Shown here: piece by piece, positions 24,290 through 37,069 of the stretch | Layout of the letters: each line of letters opens with the position of its first letter | Position numbering within the stretch: the first letter of the stretch is position 1 | Source: Chiloscyllium plagiosum | Lineage: Eukaryota | Assembly (NCBI RefSeq): GCF_004010195.1 | Contig: NC_057711.1 | Span: forward strand, 82,351,872-82,415,871 | DNA length: 64,000 nt | Reading direction: 5' to 3' | Program-made: the position numbers and the translations under genes | Notes under the pieces: generated by a model | Database searches by the model: none | Seen by the model: the letters and a program-made list of their open reading frames with translations, nothing else | What the model was told of the DNA's origin: nothing

Positions 24290-26160
24290 TTAGTTTACTA
24301 TAGTTACAATTGTATGGGAATTGAGGGGGCAAAAAGGGGAACATAAGATAGCTTTTGCAAATAGAGTTAAGGACAATCCAAAGAAATTCTGTAAGTACAT
24401 AAATGACAAAAGTGTAACTAGGGAAAGAATAGGGCCCCTTAAAGATCAATGTGGCCATCTGTATATGGAACCACAGCAGATGGATGAGATACTAAACAAA
24501 TATTTCGTGTCAGTATTTACTATGGAGAAGGACATGGAAGCTAGGATCTTGGGGAAATAAATAGTGACGTCTTGACAACACCTCATATTACAGAAGAGGA
24601 GGTATTGGAACTCATAAAACTCCAAAAGGTAGATAAATCTCCAAGACCTGATCAGGTGTTTCCCAGAACTTTGTGGGAAGTTAAGGAAGAGATTGCAGGA
24701 CCCCTTGCTGAGGTATTTGTATCATCAACAATCACGGATGAGGTGTCAGAAGACTGGAGATTGGCTAATGTGGTTCTATTATGTTAAAAAAGCTGGAAAG
24801 AAAAGCCAGGGAATAATAGATTAGGGAGCCTTATGGCAGTGGTGGGTAAGTTGTTGGATGGGATTCTGAGGGTTAGGATTTACATGCATTTAGAAAGGCA
24901 AGGTCTGATTAAGGTTAGTCTACATAGCTTTGTGTAGGGGAAATTGTGTCTCATGGATTTGACTGAGTTTTTTGAAGAGGTGACAAAGAAGATAGATGTA
25001 GGCGGAGCTGTAGACTTTGTTTATATGGACTTCAGCAAAATGTTCGACAGGTCCCACATTGTAGACTGGTTAATAAGGTTAGATCACATGGGATCCGGGG
25101 AAACGAGCCAATTGGATACAAAATTGATTTGAAGGTAAGAGACAGAGGGTAGTGGTAGACAGCTGAGTTTTGGACTATAGGCCTGTGACCAGCGGTGTGA
25201 CACAAGAATCAGTGTTGGGTCCACTGCTTTTCATCATTTATATTAACGATTTGGATATGAATATAGGAGGCATGGTTAGTAAGTTTGCAGATGACAAATG
25301 AACAATGAAGAAGATTATCTCAAAGTATAATGGACCTTGATCAGATGGGCCAATAGACCAAGGAGTGACAGATGAAGTTTAATTTAGAGAAATGTGAGGT
25401 GTTGCATTTTAGTAAGGCAAACCAGGGCAGGACTTGTACAGTTAATTGTAGGGCTCTGGGGAGTGTTGCCGGACAAGGAAACCTAGGAGTGCAGGTGCAT
25501 ATCTCTTGAAAGTGGAGTAATGAGTAGACAAGACGGTGAAGAAAGCATTTCAAATGCTTGCCTTCGTTGGTCGGAATATTGAGTATAGGAATTGGAAGTA
25601 ATATTGCGGTTGTGTAGGACATTGGTGAGGCAACTTTTAGAATACTGTGCATAATGCTGGTCATCCTTCTACTGGATTTTATTAAACTTGAGCGGGTCCA
25701 GACAAGGATGTTGCCGGGACTGGAGAGTTTGAGTTGTTGGGAGAGGCTGAATAGACTGTGACTTTTGTCCCGGGAAGGCTGAGAGGTGACCCTGTAGTGG
25801 TCTATAAATTCAGGAGGGGCAAAAGTAGGGTGAATAGCCCACGTATTTTTTCCCAGGGTAGGAGAGCCCAAAACTAGAGCGCATAGGTTTAAGGTGAGAG
25901 GGGAACAATTTAAAAAGGACTGGAGGGGTAGCTTTCTCATACAGGTGGTGGTGCTTGTATGGAACGAACTGACAGAGAAAATGGAAGAGGGAGGTACAAT
26001 TACAACATTCAAAAAGCATCTAGATGGATATAGGAACTGGAAGTGTTTAGAGGGATATGGGCCTAATGACAAATGGGACTAGGTCTGATTGGGATGTGTG
26101 GTCAGTGTGGGCTAGTTGTGCCAAAGGGTCTGTTTCCATGCTGTCTAACACTATGACTTT
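24290..26160 (+). mobile_element. CR1 LINE, ~1.9 kb ORF2 3' portion, decayed
   Basis: KDNPKKFCKYI, DKSPRPDQVFPRTL, AVDFVYMDFSKMFD, KFADD (~25281), WNEL, tail CTATGACT. Confidence 0.9.
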
Positions 26161-26486
26161 GATATGGGCTGTTTTAATGCTATGGTAGGGTGAAAATGTG
26201 TTTCCAATGATTCAAATATAAAGTTGCAGGAAAGTGGGTACAAATTTGGGATGTGCCAGTACATTCAAGGACTTTAGACAGGTACAGAACATTGTTATGT
26301 AGCTCTCCAGAACTGAGTGGTCAAAGCTAGGTTTTTTGAGAAATGGAATAATGACAGTGGAATGGTCAGGAAGTGGAAGAGTCCTGAGGAATTGGAACCA
26401 TTAACAACACCTAACCTAAGAGTCATGAACTGAAGGTAAATGGTCAGGAATTTGGTGGAAATAGAATTGAGGTAGTAGGAGGTTTT

Positions 26487-27295
26487 TTATTATTCATTTG
26501 TGGGAGGTGGGTATTGCTGGCTGTCCAGCAATTATTGCCTGTCTCTAGTTGCCCTTGAGAAGGTGGTGGTCAGCTGCCTTCCTGAACTGCCAAAGTCCAT
26601 CTGCTGTGGGTTGATCTACAAGGCCATTAAGGAGGCAATTCCAGGATTTTGACCTAGTTACAGTGAAGGAACAATGATACATTTCCAAATCAGGATGGTG
26701 TGACTCGGATGGGAATTTACAGGTGGTAGTGTTTCCATGTACCTGTTACCCTTATCCTTCTAGATGCAAATGGTTGTGGATTTTGAAGGTGCTGTCTGAG
26801 GATATTTGGTGAATTTCTGCATTGCATCTTGTAGATCGTACACACTGCTGCTACTGAGTGTTAGTGGTGGAGGAAGTGGATGCTTGTGGATATGTTGCCA
26901 TTCAAGTGGGTTGTTTTGTCCTAGATGGTGTCAAGCTTCTTGAATGCTGTTGGAGCTGCACCCATCCAGGGAACTGGCTAGTATTCCTTCACACTCCTTA
27001 CTTGTGCCTTATAGATGATGGGCAGGCTTTAGGGAGTGAGGAGGTGAGGTACTTGCTGCAATATTCTTAGCCACTGACCTGCTCGTGGCCACTGTATTTA
27101 TGTAGTGAGTCCTGTTGAGTTTCTGGTCAATGGTAAGCCCCCAGGATGCTGAAAGTGGGGGATTCAGTGATGGTAACACCATTGAATGTCAAGTGATAGT
27201 GGTTAGATTGTTTTTTATTGGTAATGATCATAGCCTGGCATTTGTGTTATTTGCCACTTGTCAACCCAAACCTAGATACTGTCCAGATCTTGCTG
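26487..27295 (-). mobile_element. CR1/L2-group LINE 3' fragment
   Basis: Same tail and body as 11040-11865 and 48560-50390 (TTGCCCTTGAGAAGGTGGTGGTCAGCTGCCTT). Confidence 0.75.
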
Positions 27296-27536
27296 ATTTC
27301 ATTGACAAGATGTGCTCAGAAGGAAAAGGGTGAAAGAAACTAGAGATAAAATGTGAGATTAGGATAATGGCAAAGATAAACACGATAAGTGATTATAGAA
27401 TGCAATTTGTTCACAGTTTTTGACAAATAATTTTGATTTCTTTTTGGATACAATTAATGCCAACCATGCTGGGTATTGTAGGTTTACAAATTCCAGACTT
27501 GAATGACTTTCACACTTGGCTGTATTATATACTGGG

Positions 27537-27677
27537 CTGAAAATGTGTTGCTGGAAAAGCGCAGCAGGTCAGGCAGCATCCAAGGAGCAGGAGAATCGAC
27601 GTTTCGGGCATGAGCCCTTCTTCCAGCAACACATTTTCAGCTCTGATCTCCAGCAGCTGCAGTCCTCACTTTCTCCT
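27537..27677. mobile_element. 141-bp foldback, PLE-like non-autonomous element with 17-bp TSD
   Basis: TSD CTGTATTATA(T/A)ACTGGG at 27520-27536 and 27678-27694. Inverted arms CTGAAAATGTGTTGCTGGAA / TTCCAGCAACACATTTTCAG. Partial HHR on minus strand: GAAGAAGGGCTCATGCCCGAAACGTCGA. Confidence 0.8.
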
Positions 27678-28794
27678 CTGTATTATAAACTGGGGCAAGT
27701 TCCCTACATTTATTCCTTTGATCATGTTTTAAGTCATCAACCCTAATAACTCTTGTTATGGCCATGTCAAATTTTGTTTCACACCATTCCCAAGAAGTGT
27801 CTTGCTGTGTTTGAATACATTCAAAGTGCTACAATCATGATATGTTATTCTTGTTCAAGCCTGAAATAGTTTGTTAGCAATTAAAGAGTCAATAAACAAT
27901 GTACTTAATAATATTGGGTCTTCGAAGATTCTTGTGGACATAGCTCCTCTGAATATTTAGCAGTACATGTAACCACCAAATCCACAAGATCTCATGTTTC
28001 TCCCTATCTCATTAGCTAATTTCAGATGAGTGGGAGGCTAAAATTTGTTTCACTGACTTTGGCTACAATTGAAAATAGCAATATTCTGACTCCTAATTGA
28101 TATCAAAAAATCTCTTTTCGAATATGTTTGTGGGAAAAGTCCCTAGACATGGGCATGTAAATGCAAAATATGGTTTATAGAAAGCCAGGGACCTGTTAGT
28201 ATTAAAACCTAAGACTCTGAAAGATGAAGGAAGAGGAAGATTAAAAATCAAAATTAAAATATTCAAATAATACCCGAAGAACTCAAGTATTTCTCTCATT
28301 TCAGGGTCTGAAATTTCACTGATATGCTGCTCCGTTAGCAGAAGAGGTGAAAGTGTGCCTTGAATCTAGGGGGAGGAATCATTTGACATTTGATGCAAAT
28401 GAAACACAACAGTACATAACACAAGTTCATCTGTGAGCTGCTCGCTGGAATGGCACATGCCCACACCAACAGTGAAGAAAACGCTTTGGTAGGCCGGATA
28501 AATGTAATAAATTCCTTTTTGGCTTGAAGGCTTATTGATGTTTCTTTTTAGCTCCCCAAGAACGTCAACACTTTTACTCTTTTTTTTGAAAGGGCTCTTT
28601 TGATTGCCCATCATAAGTTCAACAAAAGCAAGATCTTTGGAATCTTTGGAAGCAAGATGGTATCGGATATGGTTGACTCCTTGCGAGCTCCAGCATGCAG
28701 ATCTAAATTTCCTATTTCCGACTTCCTGCAATCATTCTACACTCTTAAAATTAATATAATGCTTTTAAAAATTACTAATAACTCTGTTTTATCT

Positions 28795-31393
28795 AAACTC
28801 CTCCGACCGTCAAAGCCAGCTTACTGGATGAAGGCAGCAGACATGACCCACCTGACCACCCTGGAAGAAGGCCAGACCAGCTGGAGGCAGCCTACGCGAG
28901 CCCCAGGCTTGGGGCCTGCCAGAAAATGGAGGGACCCGAAAGACCTGCCCCAGGAAGCAGAACCGACACAAAACACTCCCGACCCCATAAGACACCTACC
29001 TGGAAAGCAGCCCAAACATCACTATACAAAAATGTGACCTAACCGCAAGCAACGAATTGGCAGCAACTGAAACCAAGAGCTAACTGGACAAATCAGAACA
29101 CAAGCAGAAACTTACCTTCTCCAGGTAAGACTGAGACTACGCAGTGACTGGCGACTTCAATCAGGCCAATCTAAGGAAGGTATTGCCCAATTACCACTAG
29201 AACATTACCTGCCCAACCAGGGGCCTGAACATTTTAGACCCTGCTATACCTCTGTGAAGGATGCCTACCGCTCCATTCCCCCTTTATTTCAGGAACTCTG
29301 ACGACAATATCGTGCTTCTTCTCCCGGCTTACAGGCAAAAGCTCAAGCAGGAGATCCCCTTGCAGACACACGTCCAGTGGTGGGCAGAGGAGGAAAAGGG
29401 TCAGCTCCGGTGCTGTCTGAAATTGGCTGATTGGGCTACATTCAAACAGTCCGCAGGGACCTTGGACGTGTACACGACCACCGTCACAGACTTTATGTGG
29501 AGGACTGCATACCGAGGAAGTCAATCCACGTGTTCCCCAACAGGAAACCCTGGATGAATCAGGACATACAGAACCTGCTAAAAACCAGGTGTAAGGCCTT
29601 CAGATCTGGTGACCCATTCAAATATAAGGAATTCAAGTATGACCTTCGCAGAGTCATTAAGGCAGCCAAGGACAAATACCAATCCAAACTAGAGACCCTG
29701 ACAGACATCCGGCAACTATGGCAAGGACTGAATGACATGACAGGTTCGAAAAAGAGACAGTGCAAGATAGCAGATGATGACATATCCCTCCCAGATCGTC
29801 TCAACACCTTCTATGCTTACTTTGAGCAGAATTTCTGTCGAGAGGTAACACCTATTCCGACAAGTCCTAATGAACCTTTCCCAACAGTCACTGCATCAGA
29901 GGTCAGATCAGTTTTCCTTCGTGTGAATCCAAGGAAAGCAATGGGACCAGATGGAGTACCAGGCCATACACTCACAGCATGCGCAGATCAACTGGCATAG
30001 GTCTTCTTGGATATCTTCAACCTCTCCCTGAAGCAAGCCACTGTCCCTGCCTATTTCAAGAAGGTCAACATCATCCATGTGCCTAAGAAGGCTCATGCAG
30101 CATGTCTCAATGACTACCGCCTAGTGGCCCTAACTCGGTGGTCATGAAATGCTTTGAAAGGTTGGTCATGGCATTAATCTACTCCAGCTTCCCCACTACT
30201 CTTAACCCACTCCAATTTGCCTATCGGACCAACAGATCCGCATCAGATGCCATATCACTTGCCCTTCACTCCTCCCGAGAACATCTTGACACCAAGAACA
30301 GCTAGGTAAGAATCCTACAGTTCAGCCTTCAACAGTATTATCCCCTCGAGTCTGATTACTAAACTTAGTGATCTTGGACTAAGCCCCACTCTCTGTAACT
30401 AGATCCTCAGTTTCCTGATCCACAGAAAACCATCAGTCAAGATTGGGGACAATATTTCATCCTCACTAACACTTAACACTGGAGCCCCCCAGGGGTGCGT
30501 ACTCAGCCCCCGACTGTGCTCACTGTATACCCATGACTGCATCGCCAAATACCAGACTGATGTCATTTATAGGTTCGCTGATGACACCACCATCGACGGT
30601 TAAATGTCAGATGGCGACGAAACAGACTACAGACGGGAGGTGGAAGACGTGGAAAAATGATGCACCGATAACAACCTAGCTCTCAATGCCAGCAAAACCA
30701 AGGAACGCATTATTGACTTTCGGTGGGATGTTACTCATGGCCCCCTACACATTAACAGCACAGAAGTTGAACGAGTGGAGAGTGTCAAGCTCCTGGGAGT
30801 AGTCACCCACAACAAGCTTTCTTGGACTCTCATGTGGATGCACTGGTTACAAAGGCCTAACAACGTCTTTTCTTCTTCGGGCAGCTGAGGAAATTTGGCA
30901 TGACGGAAATACTCTTGCCAACTTTTATAGATGTGCCATCGAGAGCATTCTGCCTGGATATGTCACTACCTGTATGGCAACTGTACCATTCAAGATTGGA
31001 GACGGTTACAGAGAATAGTGAACTCGGCCCGGACAATAACAAAGGCCAACCTCTCATCTATAGAATCTATCCACCAGGCCCACTGTCAAGGAAAGGCTGC
31101 CAGCATTCTCAAAGATCCATCTACAACCTCTACCATCAGGGAGAAGGTACAGAAGCCTGAACACATGCACCAGCCAGCTTCGCAACAGTTTCTACCCCAC
31201 TGTTGTTAGAATATTGAATGGACTCACAAACTCTTAACATTCGCCTGTACCTGTGTTTTTGGTTTTGCCGCTGTTTACCTATTATTTACTATCCCTGCTA
31301 CTTAACTATGTGATCTGCCTGTATTACTCGCAAGACAAAGCTTTTCACTGTGCCTTGGTACACGTGACAATAAATTCAATTCAATTCAATTCA
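28795..31393 (+). mobile_element. Rex1/Babar-clade LINE, decayed
   Basis: GDFNQANL, LLLPAYRQKLKQE, FPNRKPWMN, VNPRKAMGPDGVPG..LTACADQLA, TGAPQGCVLSP, RFADDT; 3' end AATAAATTCAATTCAATTCAATTCA. The 5' boundary is uncertain. Confidence 0.85.
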
Positions 31394-31598
31394 GAAAGCC
31401 CAGTAATTTCTGACAAATTGGTTGTAGGGGACAAAATGAGGTAGGCAGCATCTCAGTTATGCATCTCCCATATCAACTTCAGTTTGCTTATGAAATTCAA
31501 CCCCATTAAGTTAACTAGTAATTGAATGTTCCACACTCAGTGCTGCCATACTGAGAAGGCACAGAAGAGTTTATCCAACCTCCCAAAACCATGGACAA

Positions 31599-31648
31599 AC
31601 TTTTCACTGTGCCTCAGTACATGTGACAATAAATTCAATTCAATTCAA
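31599..31648 (+). mobile_element. Second, very short Rex1 3' terminus
   Basis: CTTTTCACTGTGCCTCAGTACATGTGACAATAAATTCAATTCAATTCAA repeats 31341-31390. Confidence 0.75.
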
Positions 31649-32608
31649 TGACCTTCACCACCCAGAAAGATTAGAGCAGCACCTACATGGGAACACTTAT
31701 CATCTCCATATTCTATGTGAAGTCATACACCAGCTTAACCATATACTTCTGTTCCTTCACTGTCACTTGATAAACATCCTGGAACTTGGTCACTAACAAG
31801 ATTATAGCAGTACCTTTATCACAAGATCTTTATTAATTCAAGTTTCCTTGAAAAAAAAAATCAGTTAAATTGTGAAGCCAATGGATTGTCATTCTGTGTT
31901 TTGTTGATAAGAAAAGCTAATGCTGATAGGTTACAATTGCAAAGCATATTCTAATCTCTCACATCTGGAGATGGAGAAGCACATGAGAAAGAAAGAGAAG
32001 ACAGAGAGTCAGAACGTGGAGAAAACACTAAGATGCAGACAAAGACTGAAATTGTTTTTCTCATCATTCTAAAATTATTTTGCAAGAAAATGACTTCTAA
32101 ATTCAAACAAAACCTCTATTTAGTAAACGGGTAAGAAGGGAAGATTAATGGGGGTTGGGGAGGTTGGGGAACAGAAAAAAGGATGAAGGAGCCGCTGACC
32201 TCTCTATACTGAATTCTTTATTTGCGTGAGTATAACAAGTACAAGTGAGAGGTTAAGGATGAAGGATGTGTCAGGGCAGAATGGGGGAGGGGATAGTAGG
32301 TTGATGTGTTGAGCACATAGCTCAGTGGAATAAAAAGAACCTGATGGGAGTGAAGAGGTTGGTAGAAAGGGAAAGAGTGGAGAAAACACAAATGATTGTA
32401 GAAGGGGAAGGAATGGGAACAGAAGCAAATTTACCTGCACAGCCTCCACCCCAAATGAAACTTGCAGTCACTGGAGGTACCATTCCCTCCTACACCACTT
32501 CCCACCTGAAATAAAGAAAAGGACAAGACCACCAAGATTGAAGATGAAGAAGAGAAATAACAGAGTTAAGGATAAAAAAATTAAAAAGAAAATCTAAAGC
32601 TGAGACAG

Positions 32609-32764
32609 TGCAAGTGGCATTTGGATGGGTATATGAATAGGAAGGGTTTGGAGGGATATGGGCTGGTGCTGGCAGGTGGGACTAGATTGGGTTGGGAAAT
32701 CTGGTCGGCATGGATGGGTTGGACCGGAGGGTCTGTTTCCATGCTGTACATCTCTATGACTCTA
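32609..32764 (+). mobile_element. CR1 3' tail fragment
   Basis: GCATTTGGATGGGTATATGAATAGGAAGGG...CATCTCTATGACTCTA. Confidence 0.85.
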
Positions 32765-33129
32765 AGTGGCATTCATCAAAGATAGTAGAGGCAGGTAAGA
32801 GAGAGGCTTTGGCCTGAATCCTATGATTTTTCTTGGCTAAGTCTGAGTTTATTTGGACATTGTTTTGTTGTGAGACCGAGTAGGTTTTGTCATCCTATCT
32901 TATCAAACTCAATGCCATAATTACCTACACTGTACCTATGGCATCTTTTATGTCTAATTTTCACTCATCTTACCATGCATCTTTCCCACAACTCGACACT
33001 CAGTGAATATTCACCCAAAGACTGACATCTTTGGTTCATCCATTTCAGAAGGATGCTGTGCACCTAGATGAGCACTTACATTCTAAAGTTGCCCTGACCT
33101 GTTCAAGGACAGAATCAGAACATGGTGGA

Positions 33130-34640
33130 GAATGGGAAGATGGTACTGTGTTTCCCCAACAGAGACTGGGAGGCCCTGGAGGATGGGGCAATGCAAAGGA
33201 GAAGAGTCTTTTCCCCGAGTACTGGCAAAGGAGTTCATGCCACCAGTCCCTAACCCTCTGGTCCAAGGTCATCAACCAGGTCAATGTCAGCACCAGCATT
33301 TGCAGGAATGGCCAGCAATATAGAAAGGTTAGTGACTTACTCCCTTTACCAGACTTCTTTCTGTTTCTTCACACTTATTCTATCTCTGCTATTGCTCTCA
33401 CCTCTCACCAAGGCTAATGCTCTATCATTCTCACATTGATGACAAAACCTTTCCTCACTCACTCTCGTCTACTCCTAACCTCCCACATAATAAACTTACA
33501 TACCCTCTGTGCTGTCTCCTCATTAATTCCACACTGGCCCGAAAGTCATGACACAAACTGTAATCTCGTTCAATTCTGTTGCTTTTCTTATTACATTGCC
33601 AGACCTCCTTTGACAGGACAGAGAGAGGTGGTACAGGTGGATGGATTCTTGACATTTGACAGGGAGAGAATCCTGGCATTTAGAGGAAAAGAGTGGTGCC
33701 ACTCCTGACAGGGATGCAGAAACATCCATGTCCTACCAAATGAGTAAATACTAATCTTCATTCAACTTCAGCTTCACATTAATTGTGCTGTCACTCTCAG
33801 TCATTGCATATCACTTCTAACCACTGGCCATGCCAACTTCTCTCTCTTGCCTTGCAGGCTCTGCTAGCCTGTCCTCAAGCTCTAAAGAGACACTCTTGGC
33901 TCCCCCGGAAGCTCTGTCTTCAACCTCTGAGGATGAGGGGGACGGAGGTCTCAGAAGAAGCATCAGCAAGGCTGACTCCTGCATTTCTCCCCCCAATCCC
34001 AGCCCAGATATCAACACCCCAGTGAGAAACATAAACACGTGTGCGTAAACATCTCACCGTGACTGCTCTGCAGCTGGCTGAAGATAAAAGGGCAAGGTGG
34101 CTGTCAATCAGAGGGCTGTGGAAAACCAGCCATTGGCTGAGCCGCATGCTGAAGAGGAGCCTGTGGTTTACATATTGAGGGACTCCATCCAAATCCACAG
34201 GGAGGAGCGGCAGCAGACAGGCAGAATGGGCTGCAATTGCTCTCATGGTTCCGAAGCTGCAGCAATGCAGCAAATCCTGTGACCATCTGATTGCCTCCCT
34301 GAGCAGGTTGGCAGTTGCCATGGAGGCAACCAGGTCCAACACATTCTGGCAATACTGGAAAGAATCACAAACCTGCATTCCATCAAGCACATGCTGGTCC
34401 TCAGGACAAAGGCTCGGCGACAGTGGGAGTTTGTTATCCTTGACCCCAATCCAGGTGCCCTGTCCTCACAAGACTCTTCTGCACTTTCCATGCAAGACAC
34501 CGCAGAGGTGGCCTGACTCTCCACCTCCACCATGCCTGCCTCCCTCTGACCCTTCGAAGTTCAAGCTGAGAAGGGTCAACTTGACTCTGGCAAGAACCAT
34601 GGCATCTCTGGGCTGTTCAGACACAAGTGTTCGCTGAGTC
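33130..34640 (+). mobile_element. Decayed Myb/SANT-like gene, probably the accessory ORF of a PIF/Harbinger DNA transposon
   Basis: Joining two frames gives CFPNRDWEALEDGAMQRRRV/FPEYWQRSSCHQSLTLWSKVINQVNVSTSICRNGQQYRKVSDLL, a trihelix Myb/SANT pattern, followed by LTFDRERILA. Frameshifted; 3' extent uncertain. Confidence 0.6.
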
Positions 34641-34906
34641 TCCTGTTCAAACCAATGGGCTCCAGAATGGAACTGCAGAACAAGGGACAACACTAAGATA
34701 TAATGAGAGTAAAAGAAAGAGGAAAGCCCATTGAGGGCACTTTGGTGGCATGATGGAAAAAGACTATTACTTTCAGCATAAACGTTCTTGGCGTTAACTC
34801 TCATTTGCTTGTAAGTCTCACTGTATGTATGCAAGGTTTGTGAAGGTTTGAAGCTCAGATTGAGGTTTAGGGTGTAGGTTTGCTCGCTGAGCTGTAGGTT
34901 TGATAT

Positions 34907-34946
34907 CCAGACGTTTCATTACCTGGCTAGGTAACATCATCAGTGG
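34907..34946 (-). ncRNA. Minimal type I hammerhead ribozyme motif (same sense as KIF27 pre-mRNA)
   Basis: CCA-CTGATGA-T-GTTACCT-AGCC-AGGTAAT-GAAA-CG-TC-TGG: all core nucleotides, 7-bp stem II, GUC triplet, stem I CCA/TGG. Confidence 0.82.
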
Positions 34947-35431
34947 CGACCTCCAAGTGAAGCGAAGCTGTTGTCTCCTGCTTTCTATTTATATCTTTCT
35001 CCTGGATGGGGTTCCTGGGGTTTGTGGTGATGTCATTTCCTGTTCGTTTTCTGAGGGGTTGATTGATGGCATCTAGATCTATGTGTTTGTTTATGGCGTT
35101 GTGGTTGGAGTGCCAGGCCTCTAGGAATTCTCTGGCATGTCTTTGCTTAGCCTGTCCTAGGATAGATGTGTTGTCCCAGTCGAAATGGTGGGTTTTTTTC
35201 CTCCGTGTGTAGGGCTACGAGGAAGAGAGAGTCATGTCTTTTTGTGGCTAGCTGGTGTTAGTGTATCCTGGCAGCTAACTTTCTTCCTGTTTGTCCTACA
35301 TAGTGTTTGTGGCAGTCCTTGCATGGAATTTTGTAGATGATGTTGGTTTTGTCCATGGGTTGTACTGGGTCTTTTAAGTTTGTTAGTTTTTGTTTGAGAG
35401 TGTTGGTGGGTTTGTGTGCTACTAGGATTCC

Positions 35432-35573
35432 NNNNNNNNNNNNNNNNNNNNNNNNNNNNNNNNNNNNNNNNNNNNNNNNNNNNNNNNNNNNNNNNNNNNN
35501 NNNNNNNNNNNNNNNNNNNNNNNNNNNNNNNNNNNNNNNNNNNNNNNNNNNNNNNNNNNNNNNNNNNNNNNNN
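35432..35573. other. Assembly gap (142 N)
   Basis: Run of N inside the PLE ORF. Confidence 1.
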
Positions 35574-37029
35574 TCGTTGGAATAGTGTTTTGATACAGCT
35601 TCGTTTGTGTGTGTTGGGATGGTTGCTGGTGTAGTTAAGTATTTGGTCAGTGTTTGTCGGTTTTCTGTATAGGCAGGTTTGTAGTTCTCCGTTGTCCTTT
35701 CTTTCGACTGTGACGTCCAGGAATGCGAGTTTGTTGTCAGTTTTTGCCTCCTTGGTGAACTTTATGCCTGTGAGGGTGTTGTTGATGATGTTAAATGTCT
35801 CTTCTATCTTGTTTCGTTTTGTGATGACAAAGGTGGCATCTACGTAGCGGACCCAGATTTTTGGTTTGATGGTTTGTAGGGCTGTTTGTTCTAGTCTTTG
35901 TATTACTGCTTCTGCTATGAATCCTGATAGCGGAGATCCCATGAGTGTGCCGTTGGTTTGTTTGTAGACGATGTTGTTGAAAGTGAAGTGGGTGGTGAGG
36001 CACAGGTCCACTAGCTTCACGATGTTTTCGTTGGTAATGTGATTGATGGTGGTTGGTGTGTGTGTGATGGTCTCTTCTAAAAGTGTGGTAAATGTTTCCT
36101 TTGACAGGTCGATTTTGATGGAGGTGAACAGTGCTGTTACGTCGAATGAGATCATTGGTTCGTCTTCCTCTATTTTGATGTTTTTGATGATTTTAGGAAT
36201 TCCTGGATGGAGTGGATGGAGTGCTGTGACTCTTCTACTAGGTATTTCAGCCTTGCGTATAGTTCTTTGGCCAGTCTGTAAGTTGGTGTTCCGGGTAGTG
36301 AGACTATAGGTCTGAGGGGGGCTCCTGGTTTATGGATTTTTGGTAGTCCGTAGAATCATGTGGTGTTGGTCCCGTCGGGTTTCATTTTCTGGAATTTCAT
36401 CTTGTTTAATTGTCTGGAATTCTGTAATTTTCTTAGGAGATATGTAATTTTGTTTCCTAGTTGTGTGGTCAGGTCTAGCGCCACCTGTTGGTAGGTGTTG
36501 GTGTCTACGAGTAGTGCATTGGCTTTCTTTATGTAGTCCCTTCTGTTCAGGATGATTGTGAGCCGACCTTTGTCTGCAGGTAATATAACGATGTTTTTGT
36601 CTTTTTTGAGGTTTTCTAGGGCTTTCTTTCCTTGTGTATTCAGTTTGTTTCCTTCCCTCTTTCAGGTCAGAGTAGGTGCAACTGTCTGTCTGATCGTTTG
36701 TTGTGTTCCTTCCGTGAGATTGTTGTCTTTCAATGTGGTTTCTAACCTCTCTCCCTCGTAACCCTACACACGGAGGAAAAAAACCCATCATTTCGACTGG
36801 GACAACACATCTATCCTGGGACAGGCTAAGCAAAGACATGCCAGAGAATTCCTAGAGGCCTGGCATTCCAACCACAATGCCATAAACAAACATATAGATC
36901 TAGATGCCATCTATCAACCCCTCAGAAAACGAACAGGAAATGACATCACCACAAACCCCAGAAACCCCATCCAGGAGAAAGATATAAATAGAAAGCAGGA
37001 GACAACAGCTTCGCTTCACTTGGAGGTCG

Positions 37030-37069
37030 CCACTGATGATGTTACCTAGCCAGGTAATGAAACGTCTGG
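37030..37069 (+). ncRNA. Minimal type I hammerhead ribozyme motif (identical inverted copy)
   Basis: CCACTGATGATGTTACCTAGCCAGGTAATGAAACGTCTGG; predicted cleavage after C37066. Confidence 0.82.

Noticed and set aside
33783..34834. Cluster of overlapping ORFs as a nested host gene
   Set aside because: No consistent frame or recognisable domain; better explained as the GC-richer decayed tail of the Harbinger-like Myb gene.
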